This document shows positions 18,676-27,800 of a stretch of DNA of 32,000 bases, piece after piece. Numbering within the stretch: position 1 is the stretch's first letter; each line of letters opens with the position of its first letter. The notes below the pieces were generated by a model, which did not search any database, was not told where the DNA came from, and worked only from the letters and a program-made list of their open reading frames with translations. Source of the stretch: Dickeya solani IPO 2222 (lineage in GTDB: Bacteria > Pseudomonadota > Gammaproteobacteria > Enterobacterales > Enterobacteriaceae); NCBI RefSeq assembly GCF_001644705.1, contig NZ_CP015137.1, positions 570,001 to 602,000 of the forward strand. Direction: 5' to 3'. The position numbers and the translations under genes were made by a program.

Positions 18676-19899
18676 CTACTCGCCCTTTTTACTACCGGAC
18701 AACACGCCGTCAGCCCGGAACATGGCTTTGATGCCGCGCACCGCCTGCCGAATGCGATCCTGATTTTCAATCAATGCGAAACGCACATGCGTGTCGCCGT
18801 AATCACCGAATCCAATACCGGGCGATACGCAGACTTTCGCTTCCGCCAGCAGGCGCTTGGCGAACTCCAGTGACCCCAGGTGGGCGTAAGCGTCTGGAAT
18901 TTTCGCCCACACATACATCGACGCCTTCGGTTCATCCACCATCCAGCCGGCTTCATGCAGACCGCGCACCAGCACATTACGACGTTGACGGTACTGCTCG
19001 GCAATATCGCGCACACACTGCTGATCGCCTTCCAGCGCTGCAATCGCCGCCACCTGCAACGGCGTGAATGTGCCATAGTCGTGATAACTCTTGATACGCG
19101 CCAGTGCGCTCACCAGCTCCGGGTTACCGACCATGAAACCAATACGCCAGCCCGCCATGTTGTAACTCTTCGACAGGGTAAAGAACTCCACCGCGATCTC
19201 TTTAGCGCCGGGAACCTGCATAATCGACGGCGCTTTCCAACCATCGTAAACGATGTCGGCATAGGCCAGATCATGCACCACCAGCACCCCGTACTGTTTG
19301 GCCAACGCCACGACCCGCTCAAAAAAATCCAGCTCCACGCACTGTGCGGTCGGGTTTGACGGAAAGCCCAGAATCATCATCTTAGGCTTGGGAATACTTT
19401 CGCGGATCGCGCGTTCCAGCTCGTTGAAGAAATCAACGCCGTCAACCAGCGGCACCGAACGCACCTGTGCGCCGGCAATCACCGCGCCATAAATGTGGAT
19501 CGGATAACTGGGGTTGGGCACCAGCACGGTGTCGCCGTGATCAAGCGTCGCCAGCATCAAATGCGCCAAACCTTCTTTGGAACCGATTGTGACAATCGCT
19601 TCGCTTTCCGAGTCAATCTCCACCTGATAACGATCGGCGTACCAACGAGAAATCGCCCGACGCAACCGGGGAATGCCGCGCGACGTGGAATAACCGTGGG
19701 TGTCTTCACGCTGGGCTACCGTGCACAGTTTCTCGACAATGTGCGGCGGTGTAGGGCCATCCGGGTTACCCATACTGAAGTCAATAATGTCCTCACCCCG
19801 ACGACGGGCGGCCATTTTCAGTTCAGCAGTGATATTAAAGACGTAAGGGGGGAGACGATCGATGCGCGGGAAACGGCGCGGAGAATTAAAATCAGCCAT
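18676..19899 (-). CDS. alaC: Glutamate-pyruvate aminotransferase AlaC (class I PLP aminotransferase)
   Basis: Start at ATG 19899 (MADFNSPRRFPRIDRLPPYVFNITAELKMAARRRGEDIIDFSMGNPDG..), preceded by GAGGAT. 407 aa, near-collinear with E. coli AlaC/YfdZ as recalled, including the PLP-lysine context FTLSKSYNMAGWRIG. Confidence 0.92.
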   Translation of the reverse strand: MADFNSPRRFPRIDRLPPYVFNITAELKMAARRRGEDIIDFSMGNPDGPTPPHIVEKLCTVAQREDTHGYSTSRGIPRLRRAISRWYADRYQVEIDSESEAIVTIGSKEGLAHLMLATLDHGDTVLVPNPSYPIHIYGAVIAGAQVRSVPLVDGVDFFNELERAIRESIPKPKMMILGFPSNPTAQCVELDFFERVVALAKQYGVLVVHDLAYADIVYDGWKAPSIMQVPGAKEIAVEFFTLSKSYNMAGWRIGFMVGNPELVSALARIKSYHDYGTFTPLQVAAIAALEGDQQCVRDIAEQYRQRRNVLVRGLHEAGWMVDEPKASMYVWAKIPDAYAHLGSLEFAKRLLAEAKVCVSPGIGFGDYGDTHVRFALIENQDRIRQAVRGIKAMFRADGVLSGSKKGE

Positions 19900-20314
19900 A
19901 GGATCCTCAGGATAACGTGAGCGCCCGGACCGTCCGAGCGACGCCTGGCCCGCAAAACGGGCCGTCATTCACCCTATCCCAGTTGGCGGATACTTGTCGA
20001 TAGCGCCCGGCGATTATTTTTTGTCACCCGCGTTTTGGCTTGCCGATGGGTTTCAAGGTCAACGGTCGCCGGTGTCTCTTTGCCACCTTTTCCTGTGACA
20101 GACTGTTGCAACGCTCTTTCACCCAGCCAGGGAAATCAGTATCTTTATGCGCGATTACGACGCGCGACGATCTTTGCCCCCAATGCCTCCGACTGCTGCT
20201 GGCAGAACTGCCCGTCCGATTGCTGAATTTTCTTTCATGCCTAAAGCCGTTGTTTCTCATCAATACGGCAGTGTGGCATGGTTTTTATGCCCGACATCAT
20301 TAAGGAGTGTTGTC

Positions 20315-21175
20315 ATGCAGCGCAGTGTTTATGTTGATGGTCAGTACCTGCCGGAATCTCAGGCCACCGTTTCGGTGTTCGATCGCGGCTTTTTGTTTGC
20401 CGACGCCGTCTATGAGGTGACGTCCGTCATCAACGGCGGACTGGTCGATCTGGATGCGCATCTGGTGCGGCTGCAACGTTCCTGTCGCGAACTCTCCTTG
20501 TCTCTGCCGGTGTCAGTCGATGACCTCAAAACCATCCACCAGCAATTGATTGAACGAAACCGCCTGCAGGAAGGTTCGATTTACCTCCAGCTCAGCCGTG
20601 GCAACGGCGGCGATCGCGATTTCTACTTTCCGTCGGCCGAGGTCAGACCGACGTTGGTCCTGTTCACCCAGGATCGTCCGATCATCAACCATCCCAAAGC
20701 CGAGACAGGGTTGTCCGTGGTCACCTGCCCGGATATCCGCTGGCATCGCCGTGATATCAAAACGGTTAGCCTGCTGGCGGCCTGTCTGGCTAAAGAGTAC
20801 GCGCACGCCCATCAGGCTGACGATGCGTTGCTAGTCGAAAACGGTTTCGTCACCGAAGGCACCTCCTGCAACTGCTACATCGTGCTGGAAAACAACACCG
20901 TGGTCACCCGACCGCTGAGCCACGACATCCTGCACGGCATTACCCGCCAGTCCCTGCTGAAACTGGCTGAACAACAGCAGATTGTGGTAGAAGAACGCCC
21001 GTTCACACCGGAAGAAGCCTGGCAGGCACGGGAGATATTCATCACTTCCGCCACTTCATTGGTCTTGCCGGTCGTGAAAATCGATGGTCGTCAGGTCGGC
21101 GACGGCAAACCGGGCCCGATCACGCGCCGCCTGCGCGACATCTACATCGAGATGGCCCACGCGCAGACACGTTAG
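20315..21175 (+). CDS. Class IV (fold-type IV) aminotransferase, D-amino-acid aminotransferase-like
   Basis: Start at ATG 20315, 7 nt after TAAGGAG. 286 aa. ..VSVFDRGFLFADAVYEV..LVRLQRS..IYLQLSRG..DIRW.RRDIKTVSLL..EG.S.N.. fits the D-alanine/branched-chain aminotransferase family. The upstream 56 codons of the long ORF are unlikely to be coding. Confidence 0.8.
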   Translation: MQRSVYVDGQYLPESQATVSVFDRGFLFADAVYEVTSVINGGLVDLDAHLVRLQRSCRELSLSLPVSVDDLKTIHQQLIERNRLQEGSIYLQLSRGNGGDRDFYFPSAEVRPTLVLFTQDRPIINHPKAETGLSVVTCPDIRWHRRDIKTVSLLAACLAKEYAHAHQADDALLVENGFVTEGTSCNCYIVLENNTVVTRPLSHDILHGITRQSLLKLAEQQQIVVEERPFTPEEAWQAREIFITSATSLVLPVVKIDGRQVGDGKPGPITRRLRDIYIEMAHAQTR

Positions 21176-21190
21176 CCCGCCCGCGTTGCG

Positions 21191-21234
21191 GACCGGCTCG
21201 CTACCCAATAATGAAAGCCGGTCTGCTTCTGTTT
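21191..21234 (+). terminator. Candidate terminator after the class IV aminotransferase gene
   Basis: 8-bp stem GACCGGCT (21191-21198) / AGCCGGTC (21216-21223) followed by TGCTTCTGTTT. The loop is long (17 nt), so this is only a weak candidate. Confidence 0.3.
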
Positions 21235-21268
21235 ACCCTGATACGTTGCGCGTGCACCGCAACTGCTT

Positions 21269-23713
21269 TTACTGCCTGGGCAACGCATCCGCCTGCAACG
21301 CGGCAACATCGACATTGCTTTCCAGCACCATTTTCTGCGGCACCGCCAGCGGAATACTCTCTGTTCTCAGGCGTTTGATGATATCGAACAACAGATCGCT
21401 TTTGGCCGATGCCACCATGCGCGGACTGCTTACATATCCGGTCACGCTGAGCACCATGCCATTTGGGGTCAGTTGACTGAACATTACCGACGGCGCCGGG
21501 GTTTCCAGAATTTTTTCATGCGCATGATAAACATCCAGCAAAATGTTTTTAACCACATCCGGATCAATATCCAGTGGGAAGGTCAGCGCCAACGTCGCCA
21601 CCCCTTGCGGATTGCCCATGGTAATGTTGCGCACGTTCTGTGAAATAAACTGAGAGTTGGGCACGATCACCGTAGACCTGTCCCCCAACTGGATTTCCGT
21701 AGCACGCACATTGATACGCCGGATATCACCTTCAACGCCACTGATGTTGACCAGATCGCCCACCTTGACCGGCCGCTCAGTCAGCAGAATCAGCCCGGAA
21801 ATAAAGTTTTTCACGATTTCCTGTAAACCAAACCCGATCCCGACCGACAGGGCGCTGACAATCCACGCCAGCTTGCTCCACTCAATGCCCAGCGTCGCCA
21901 GCGTCAGCAGAATAATCAGGATGTAACCAATATTGGAATACAGCGTCACCAGCGAGGCCTTGATACCGGCTTCCAGCGTAGTTTTCGGAAAGAATTCGTG
22001 CTCCAGCCAGCGGCGGGATACGCGCAGACTGTAAATGCCGATAACCAGCAGGACCACGGCATTAACCAAATGGGCGGGTACGATACTGATGGATTCCAGG
22101 CCTTTTCCACCCCAGATCTCCACCGCTTTCTGCACCAGATCAACCGGTGTGGTCGAACCAAACGTACCATTCAGCAATGCCACTACAGCCATCAGAATCA
22201 ACAGAACTTTCAGCCCGGCAGACAAAATGGCCGCGGCCTGATCCAGATGACGCTCATCCAGATTCAGCGTTCGTTTGATCTGCCGTCCGCTGGCAAAAGC
22301 GGGGGAAAACAGGCTCTCGCACACGTCTTCTACAAAGGTAGTCGACAAATACAGCAAAGATAGCACCATGCCGACCCACACCAGTTCATAGGTCAGGAAA
22401 CGCGCCAGCGAGATATAGCCAATCAGCAGCGATACCAGCACCGCCAGCGTGGTCAACAAGACAGCCAGATGTATCAACCCCGACAAGGTTGAACGGGCTT
22501 CAGGCGTTTCGCCGGCTTCCACCATACGCCGGCGAATCTGGTTACTACGCAGGGCGATCGCCCCGGATGTCAGCGCCAGAAACAGTGACGACAGACCGTT
22601 GCCAACTATCGTCACCCCTACCGAAATCCCACTGGTGGTATTGATCTGTTCGATCACCCCAAAAACAATGATAAAGCTGGTGGCGATAATCGAGAAAGGC
22701 TCCATTGCCCGCGCCACCGGGTTGGCAATCGCCGGCAGGCGCCACGACGGGCGTTTATTGGAGAGAAATGCCCGCCCAAGCCCGGAAATCATCGAGCAGA
22801 ACACCACCAGTCGCACCAGGTTCTCCATGAACCCTGCGGCACGGTCGGTCACATCGCCATGGCGGGTGAAGACATAGTCCACCAGCAGGACCGCCATCCC
22901 CATCATCAAGACGGTAGAGAAGACGACGGCGATAGCCAGAAAACTGCGCCTCAGGCGACCTTCGGGCAACAGATGAATGCCCGCTCGCGCCAGATATTTT
23001 TCCAGTAGCTTTCGCCCTGCCGTACTGAGCGCCACCGCCAGCAACAGAAAAAATGCCGAGCCGTAACGCCATCCAGGTTGCCAGGCGGCGATAAACGCCT
23101 CGCTCAGGTCATCCTTCAAATCCGATAACCGCTCTATATCTTCCTGCATAGGATTGATAATGGGTGACCAAAAGCGGCTGCCAAGAATACTGCCGGAGTT
23201 GAGCGCCAGCTGATTTTTCAGCGCATTCCGGCGCAGCGCCAGAATCTGCGTCGACAGGTTCTCAGCCCCGGTTTTTATCGCCTGCACCTGGCTGGCCTGC
23301 GTATCCAGCTTCTGTTTCTGCTGGTTAAGCGTGGCACGCTTGCGCGTGACCTCGGCGGTTTCGCTCACCGCCGCCTGTGGCTGCGGTGCCGGCCCCAGCA
23401 CGTCCAGCTGAGCCTGCAATTGCGCGCGCATCGGCGTCAGCACTCCGGCGAGCTTGTCCGCATTGGCGACCAATTCCAGCGTGGTATCGTTCAATACATT
23501 GAGTTTGGCGTCAGTGGTGGTGCCGGAAACCTGCTGTTTGATGCCATCCAGCTGTTTCTGAAGCTTTACCAGTTCGGTATCCACATTCACTTTTTCTGCA
23601 TTTTCCCCCTGCCCATCCGGCGCAGGATCCGTCGCGGCCATACCTACCGAGCTGAAGGCAAACAGCGCCATCAGCAGCATCCAACCGTAAATTCCGAGTA
23701 GCCCTTTACGCAT
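21269..23713 (-). CDS. Large MscS-family mechanosensitive channel (MscK/MscM-like architecture)
   Basis: 814 aa. It has a signal peptide (..FAFSSVGMA/ATDP), a periplasmic Q/L-rich coiled-coil region, multiple TM helices and a C-terminal MscS core (..ALSVGIGFGLQEIVKNFISGLILLTERPVKVGDLV..GDIRRINVRATEI....VIVPNS.F). Confidence 0.85.
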   Translation of the reverse strand: MRKGLLGIYGWMLLMALFAFSSVGMAATDPAPDGQGENAEKVNVDTELVKLQKQLDGIKQQVSGTTTDAKLNVLNDTTLELVANADKLAGVLTPMRAQLQAQLDVLGPAPQPQAAVSETAEVTRKRATLNQQKQKLDTQASQVQAIKTGAENLSTQILALRRNALKNQLALNSGSILGSRFWSPIINPMQEDIERLSDLKDDLSEAFIAAWQPGWRYGSAFFLLLAVALSTAGRKLLEKYLARAGIHLLPEGRLRRSFLAIAVVFSTVLMMGMAVLLVDYVFTRHGDVTDRAAGFMENLVRLVVFCSMISGLGRAFLSNKRPSWRLPAIANPVARAMEPFSIIATSFIIVFGVIEQINTTSGISVGVTIVGNGLSSLFLALTSGAIALRSNQIRRRMVEAGETPEARSTLSGLIHLAVLLTTLAVLVSLLIGYISLARFLTYELVWVGMVLSLLYLSTTFVEDVCESLFSPAFASGRQIKRTLNLDERHLDQAAAILSAGLKVLLILMAVVALLNGTFGSTTPVDLVQKAVEIWGGKGLESISIVPAHLVNAVVLLVIGIYSLRVSRRWLEHEFFPKTTLEAGIKASLVTLYSNIGYILIILLTLATLGIEWSKLAWIVSALSVGIGFGLQEIVKNFISGLILLTERPVKVGDLVNISGVEGDIRRINVRATEIQLGDRSTVIVPNSQFISQNVRNITMGNPQGVATLALTFPLDIDPDVVKNILLDVYHAHEKILETPAPSVMFSQLTPNGMVLSVTGYVSSPRMVASAKSDLLFDIIKRLRTESIPLAVPQKMVLESNVDVAALQADALPRQ

Positions 23714-23984
23714 ACACCCAACGTACCCTTGATACTGTCGTCAACCGGTGCGGCAGTCCCGACACCGGTTGTCTTGAGATGAAACAGAAACCTGCAGCGA
23801 TACCTGCAGGCAAGATGGCTAATAACTTACTCAGCAATGGAGGTAAAACTCAAACAGATATCGCCGAAACTGTCCAATTTGCGAGATGGCTTCCGATGTA
23901 CCGGCTCTATTTGCAGTAATAACAGGGAGCTATACGCAGATTGTTCAGGGATTCGCCGACCAGTCCAAATCACGCGCCAATTCA

Positions 23985-24012
23985 TTGACTCATCAGGGAT
24001 GCCCGGTATAAT
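23985..24012 (+). promoter_or_regulatory. Sigma-70 promoter of the tRNA-Arg gene
   Basis: TTGACT (23985-23990), a 16-nt spacer, then TATAAT (24007-24012), followed by a GC-rich discriminator (CCAGCCC). It lies about 39 nt upstream of the mature tRNA 5' end. Confidence 0.7.
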
Positions 24013-24050
24013 CCAGCCCACATCTCGCCAAGCGACTGTATCCCATCAAG

Positions 24051-24127
24051 GCGCCCTTAGCTCAGTTGGATAGAGCAACGGCCTTCTAAGCCGTAGGTCA
24101 CAGGTTCGAATCCTGTAGGGCGTACCA
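24051..24127 (+). tRNA. argU: tRNA-Arg (anticodon UCU), argU-like, with encoded CCA
   Basis: Hand-folded cloverleaf. Acceptor GCGCCCT/AGGGCGT; D arm GCTC-AGTTGGATA-GAGC; anticodon arm ACGGC-CTTCTAA-GCCGT (TCT at 24085-24087); variable loop AGGTC; T arm ACAGG-TTCGAAT-CCTGT; discriminator A; CCA. The 5' two-thirds matches E. coli argU as recalled. Confidence 0.93.
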
Positions 24128-24201
24128 TACAAATCAATAATTTGAAATCATAAGTGGTATTATAACCAATTTTTACGGGTGTCTTAACGGGTACCGTAGC
24201 A

Positions 24202-24339
24202 TCATGCAGGCTCTTCAAAACCGCATTCTTCGCATGCCCAAACTTCTACGATCTCCCCGTCGATGACTTCTGTTTTTTTCTGCATTTCAGCGCCGCAAAT
24301 CGGGCAGTAGTGCGGCATTGTGACTGCTGTTTCACTCAT
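24202..24339 (-). CDS. 45-aa zinc-ribbon protein (two CxxC pairs)
   Basis: Not in the ORF track because it is under 60 aa. Hand translation: MSETAVTMPHYCPICGAEMQKKTEVIDGEIVEVWACEECGFEEPA, stop TGA at 24202-24204. Its ATG lies 1 nt after the stop of the upstream ORF (TGATATG), which suggests translational coupling. Confidence 0.55.
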   Translation of the reverse strand: MSETAVTMPHYCPICGAEMQKKTEVIDGEIVEVWACEECGFEEPA

Positions 24340-24340
24340 A

Positions 24341-24754
24341 TCAGACCCCGTATTGTGATTTCAGAGCCGCTAAGTCAGCGGAGAATTGTGATTTAAGAGA
24401 CCCATACTGCGATTGCAGAGCCGCTTGTTTCGATGCCTGCGCGCTTCCCCCTGCCAACGCGGCGACGCCGAATGCCTGCTCAATTGTCGACACGTTGGAC
24501 TGGTATTGAGCGGACAGCGTGCCGAGCGCGGCACGATAAAGCGCCGCGTTGTTTTCGGCGGGCAGTCCGGTGAGTGTAGTAAATGCCGTATCGACATAAA
24601 ACAGGCCGGTCGATTGGTTGTAATAATTGCCAATCTGACAAAAAACACCGGCGTTGATCTTGATAATATAATACCCATCGATTTGCGTATTTTCGTCGGC
24701 AACGATCAGGTTTTCAACTTGTGTATCGCCGTTTTTAATTAGCGCGTAATTCAT
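24341..24754 (-). CDS. Hypothetical protein (137 aa), phage-like small protein with an A/Q/S-rich C-terminal half
   Basis: ATG at 24754 preceded by AGAGAGGAAA. The N-terminal pattern MNYALIKNGDTQVENLIVADENT....IG.YYN..TGLFY recalls small prophage-encoded proteins. The C-terminal half is low complexity (..AQYQSN..ALAGGSAQASKQAALQSQYGSLKSQFSADLAALKSQYGV). No function can be assigned. Confidence 0.55.
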   Translation of the reverse strand: MNYALIKNGDTQVENLIVADENTQIDGYYIIKINAGVFCQIGNYYNQSTGLFYVDTAFTTLTGLPAENNAALYRAALGTLSAQYQSNVSTIEQAFGVAALAGGSAQASKQAALQSQYGSLKSQFSADLAALKSQYGV

Positions 24755-24873
24755 TCTGTTTCCTCTCTGATAAATTTACCATCCTGATATTTATCACCAA
24801 TACTGATGGGCTGATCGCCATATTCAATCAGTTCACAGCAGTTAATTAACTGCGTCTGTTTTAGCGGGGAAAT

Positions 24874-27800
24874 TCATGTTAGTAACTGATTAAAATCCTC
24901 AGAAACCAGATCACCTTGAATACATAACATATCTCTCGCTAATGCTCGACGCTTTTGCAGCAGTAAATCCAATGTTTCTTCAAAGGTGGACATACTGTCA
25001 TCTGTTATGGTTGGATAATAGACATACACGTCTTTTGTCTGACCAATACGATAGGCACGATCCGTCGCCTGGTCTTCTTTCGCCGGGTTCCAGCAACGGG
25101 TGAAATGGATAACATGATTGGCTTTCTGAACATTAACACCAAACCCGACAGCTACAGTTGAAAGAATAATGATCCCAAACCCAGGTTGCTCCTGAAATGT
25201 ATCGATAAGTTTTTGCCGACTATTAGCATTCTCACTCTTGGTACTGGTATCGCCATTTATGATATACGGCTTAAAACCAAATTGTTGGTGAATTGCATAT
25301 TGCAACTCGCGCTGTATATCCCTCAACTCGGTAAAGATAATCACCTTATCATTACCTCTATTCGCAATATCTTTGAGCTTACGCATCATCCACTCCAATT
25401 TGGGTGAGTGACCTCTTAACCGGCTATCCGGTTTTACACTATAGGGATGTGCACAAATCAACTTCAATCGATGTAATAAACCGAGCATGCCCATTCCAGA
25501 CTGCGCCAATTCATCCTGCACTCTTTGTCGATTCTGGTAAGAGGCAATCGATGAAATATACAAGTCGCGTTGCAAGGGTGACATTATCAGTTGCTTACAC
25601 GAGGTGTCCTCAACTTTTGCAGGCAAATCTTTCGCTACATCCTCTTTAGTGCGGCGTAGTGTCTGTACTTCGATAATGCGCCGTAGTGATTCAAGCACGA
25701 AACTATCTCTTTCTGTAGAACCTTCTATTGGTCGTAAATACTGTTTACCAAAATCATTGAGTGCCCCCAGTAAACCAGGTTGTGCAAAATCAAACAAACT
25801 CCAGAGATCCACCAACGTGTTTTCTACAGGTGTTCCAGTACATGCAACTTTAAACCTGGCCTGAATAGCGTTCGCAGCATGAGTAATCAATGCGGCAGGA
25901 TTCTTTATTTTCTGGGCTTCATCACAGACCATAATTGACCATTTTTGGCGTGCAAGAGAGAATTCCTGATCGCGCAAGGTTTCATAGGTTGTTAATACTA
26001 TTTTTGCACTCCCAACCCAACCTGGGCGCAGCAGATTTTTAATCCCCTGGGCCCTCAGTTCTGCGGGGATTTCATCCTTATGGAATTTAACCGCTTTTAC
26101 TGCATTACCATAGAGTTTAAGCACCTCAAGGTTTTCCGCATGAAAGAAATTATCAAGTTCACGCTCCCAGTTATCCAACAACGATACGGGCGCAACGATC
26201 ATCGTGGGTAAACCGTCAGGATTTTTTTCGATATACCACACAATAAAGGCCAGTATTTGCAGCGTCTTACCTAACCCCATATCGTCAGCCAATAAACAGC
26301 CTGAGGTTTCTTCTGGTGATTTAAGAAACAGTTGCTGCAACCACGCTAAGCCCTGTTGTTGATGTTCACGAAGATGAATATGTTCTTTAAGCAAAACAGG
26401 CAACACAGGTTCTGCATCTTTCGCATTCAACAATGCCTCGCGACGCTGCTTTATATAAGCCGCGTGCTCAATATTTTGCTCAATCTGCAGAACGGCTCTT
26501 TTTTCTGGCTCGGTGATGTCTTTATCTGTGTCGCTCTCCAAAGTCTCAATTTTCTTCTGCCAGTTTTTCAGTAACGATTTTGCATCATCAATCGGCAGTG
26601 ATTGCTCATTCCAAGGCATGGAGACGGTTGTTTCTTGTTGAGACTCAGCAGATTCAATGCGTTCTTCGAGGTCAGATAACTGCTCCTGGCTCTGCAGCTC
26701 CCAACCCTCAAAAAAATCACTCGCCAGCAATGCCTCACCTAAAGTCTCTGGCAACCATTCTTCACTCTCTCCTTTCATTAAAAAGGGAGAGGAAATCTTT
26801 TCAAACTCACCGATGCCAATGACGCGATCGCCATATTTATTCAGATCTAAAACTTCATCAAATTCGATGCCAGCGATCTCTTGTTGCCAGCGAAGCAAGA
26901 GTGATTGGTACTGCTCCAGCTGCTCTAACGTTAATTGGCTGAGTTCCAATTCGTAGCCTTGCCATATTCCCGCAGGTAAGCCCGACGCCAGTTTTACAGC
27001 CAGCTCCTGAATAAACCCTTCAAATTCATACGCTTTTGTCAGAGAAAAAGCGATAGCAGGTTGCGGCCTGGCGGCGATAGGTTCTAAAACAAGAGAAACG
27101 GACAAGATCCTTTTTGCTTCATCATCAAGCACAGGCGTGACAGAGAAACGATGGAAAAAAATATGCGCATCCTGCAGCGCTTCTTCATGCTGCTCAGGAG
27201 GGACAACACTGGCCGCTTCCTCACCAATGAAGGTGTAGGGATTGCGGATAAAAGAGACCGCATCATCACCCGCCACGCGCCGACCAGTAATTGAATGTAC
27301 GGACGATAGTACTTCTTTCACTTCGGGAGAGATAATCACGTGGCTGAGCGAACCATCTTCGCCCAGTACGCGATACTGATCCTGCACTAACTTATTGTTA
27401 TCAAAACTATTGAGCCATTGTGCTGGCTGGTCGTCGAACGAGGGTTCGATTTCGATTACCGGCGTGTTGTAAATGGTTGCTTTACGCAGTTTGAGTTTTA
27501 ACGATTCAGGCTTAACCACAATCGTCTTTGCCAGGTAATTATCTAATTCTGCCAGCGCCTTCTTAGCAAAACGCCGTATTTTCGCCCAGCCAAGCTGATT
27601 GGTATTTTCTCCCGCGCTGCGCTGCTGCTCATCACGAAATTGTTGCAGGGCAGAAAGAAGCTGCCAGTTCTCCCAGGTCTGTAAAAATTGTCCTTCAGGG
27701 CTGTTAAATATCGCCCCCGTTTTTTCAATCTGAACAGACCGGTCAGTAGCACTTTCCTTCCAGTCACGGGTATAAACGCTAAATTCAGGATCGCTCAGGC

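Noticed and set aside
24775-24873. 32-codon open frame directly in frame after the zorD TGA (ISPLKQTQLINCCELIEYGDQPISIGDKYQDW)
   Set aside because: It has no ATG, GTG or TTG start. It would need TGA read-through, for which there is no evidence. On first reading I thought it overlapped the next ORF as ATGA, but recounting the bases showed it ends at a TAA at 24775-24777.
25186-27767. Several 60-100-aa ORFs on both strands inside zorD (for example 25186-25407 +, 26657-26956 +, 27543-27767 -)
   Set aside because: All overlap the 1080-aa SNF2 ORF, which has a full motif set. They lack SD sequences and have skewed composition.
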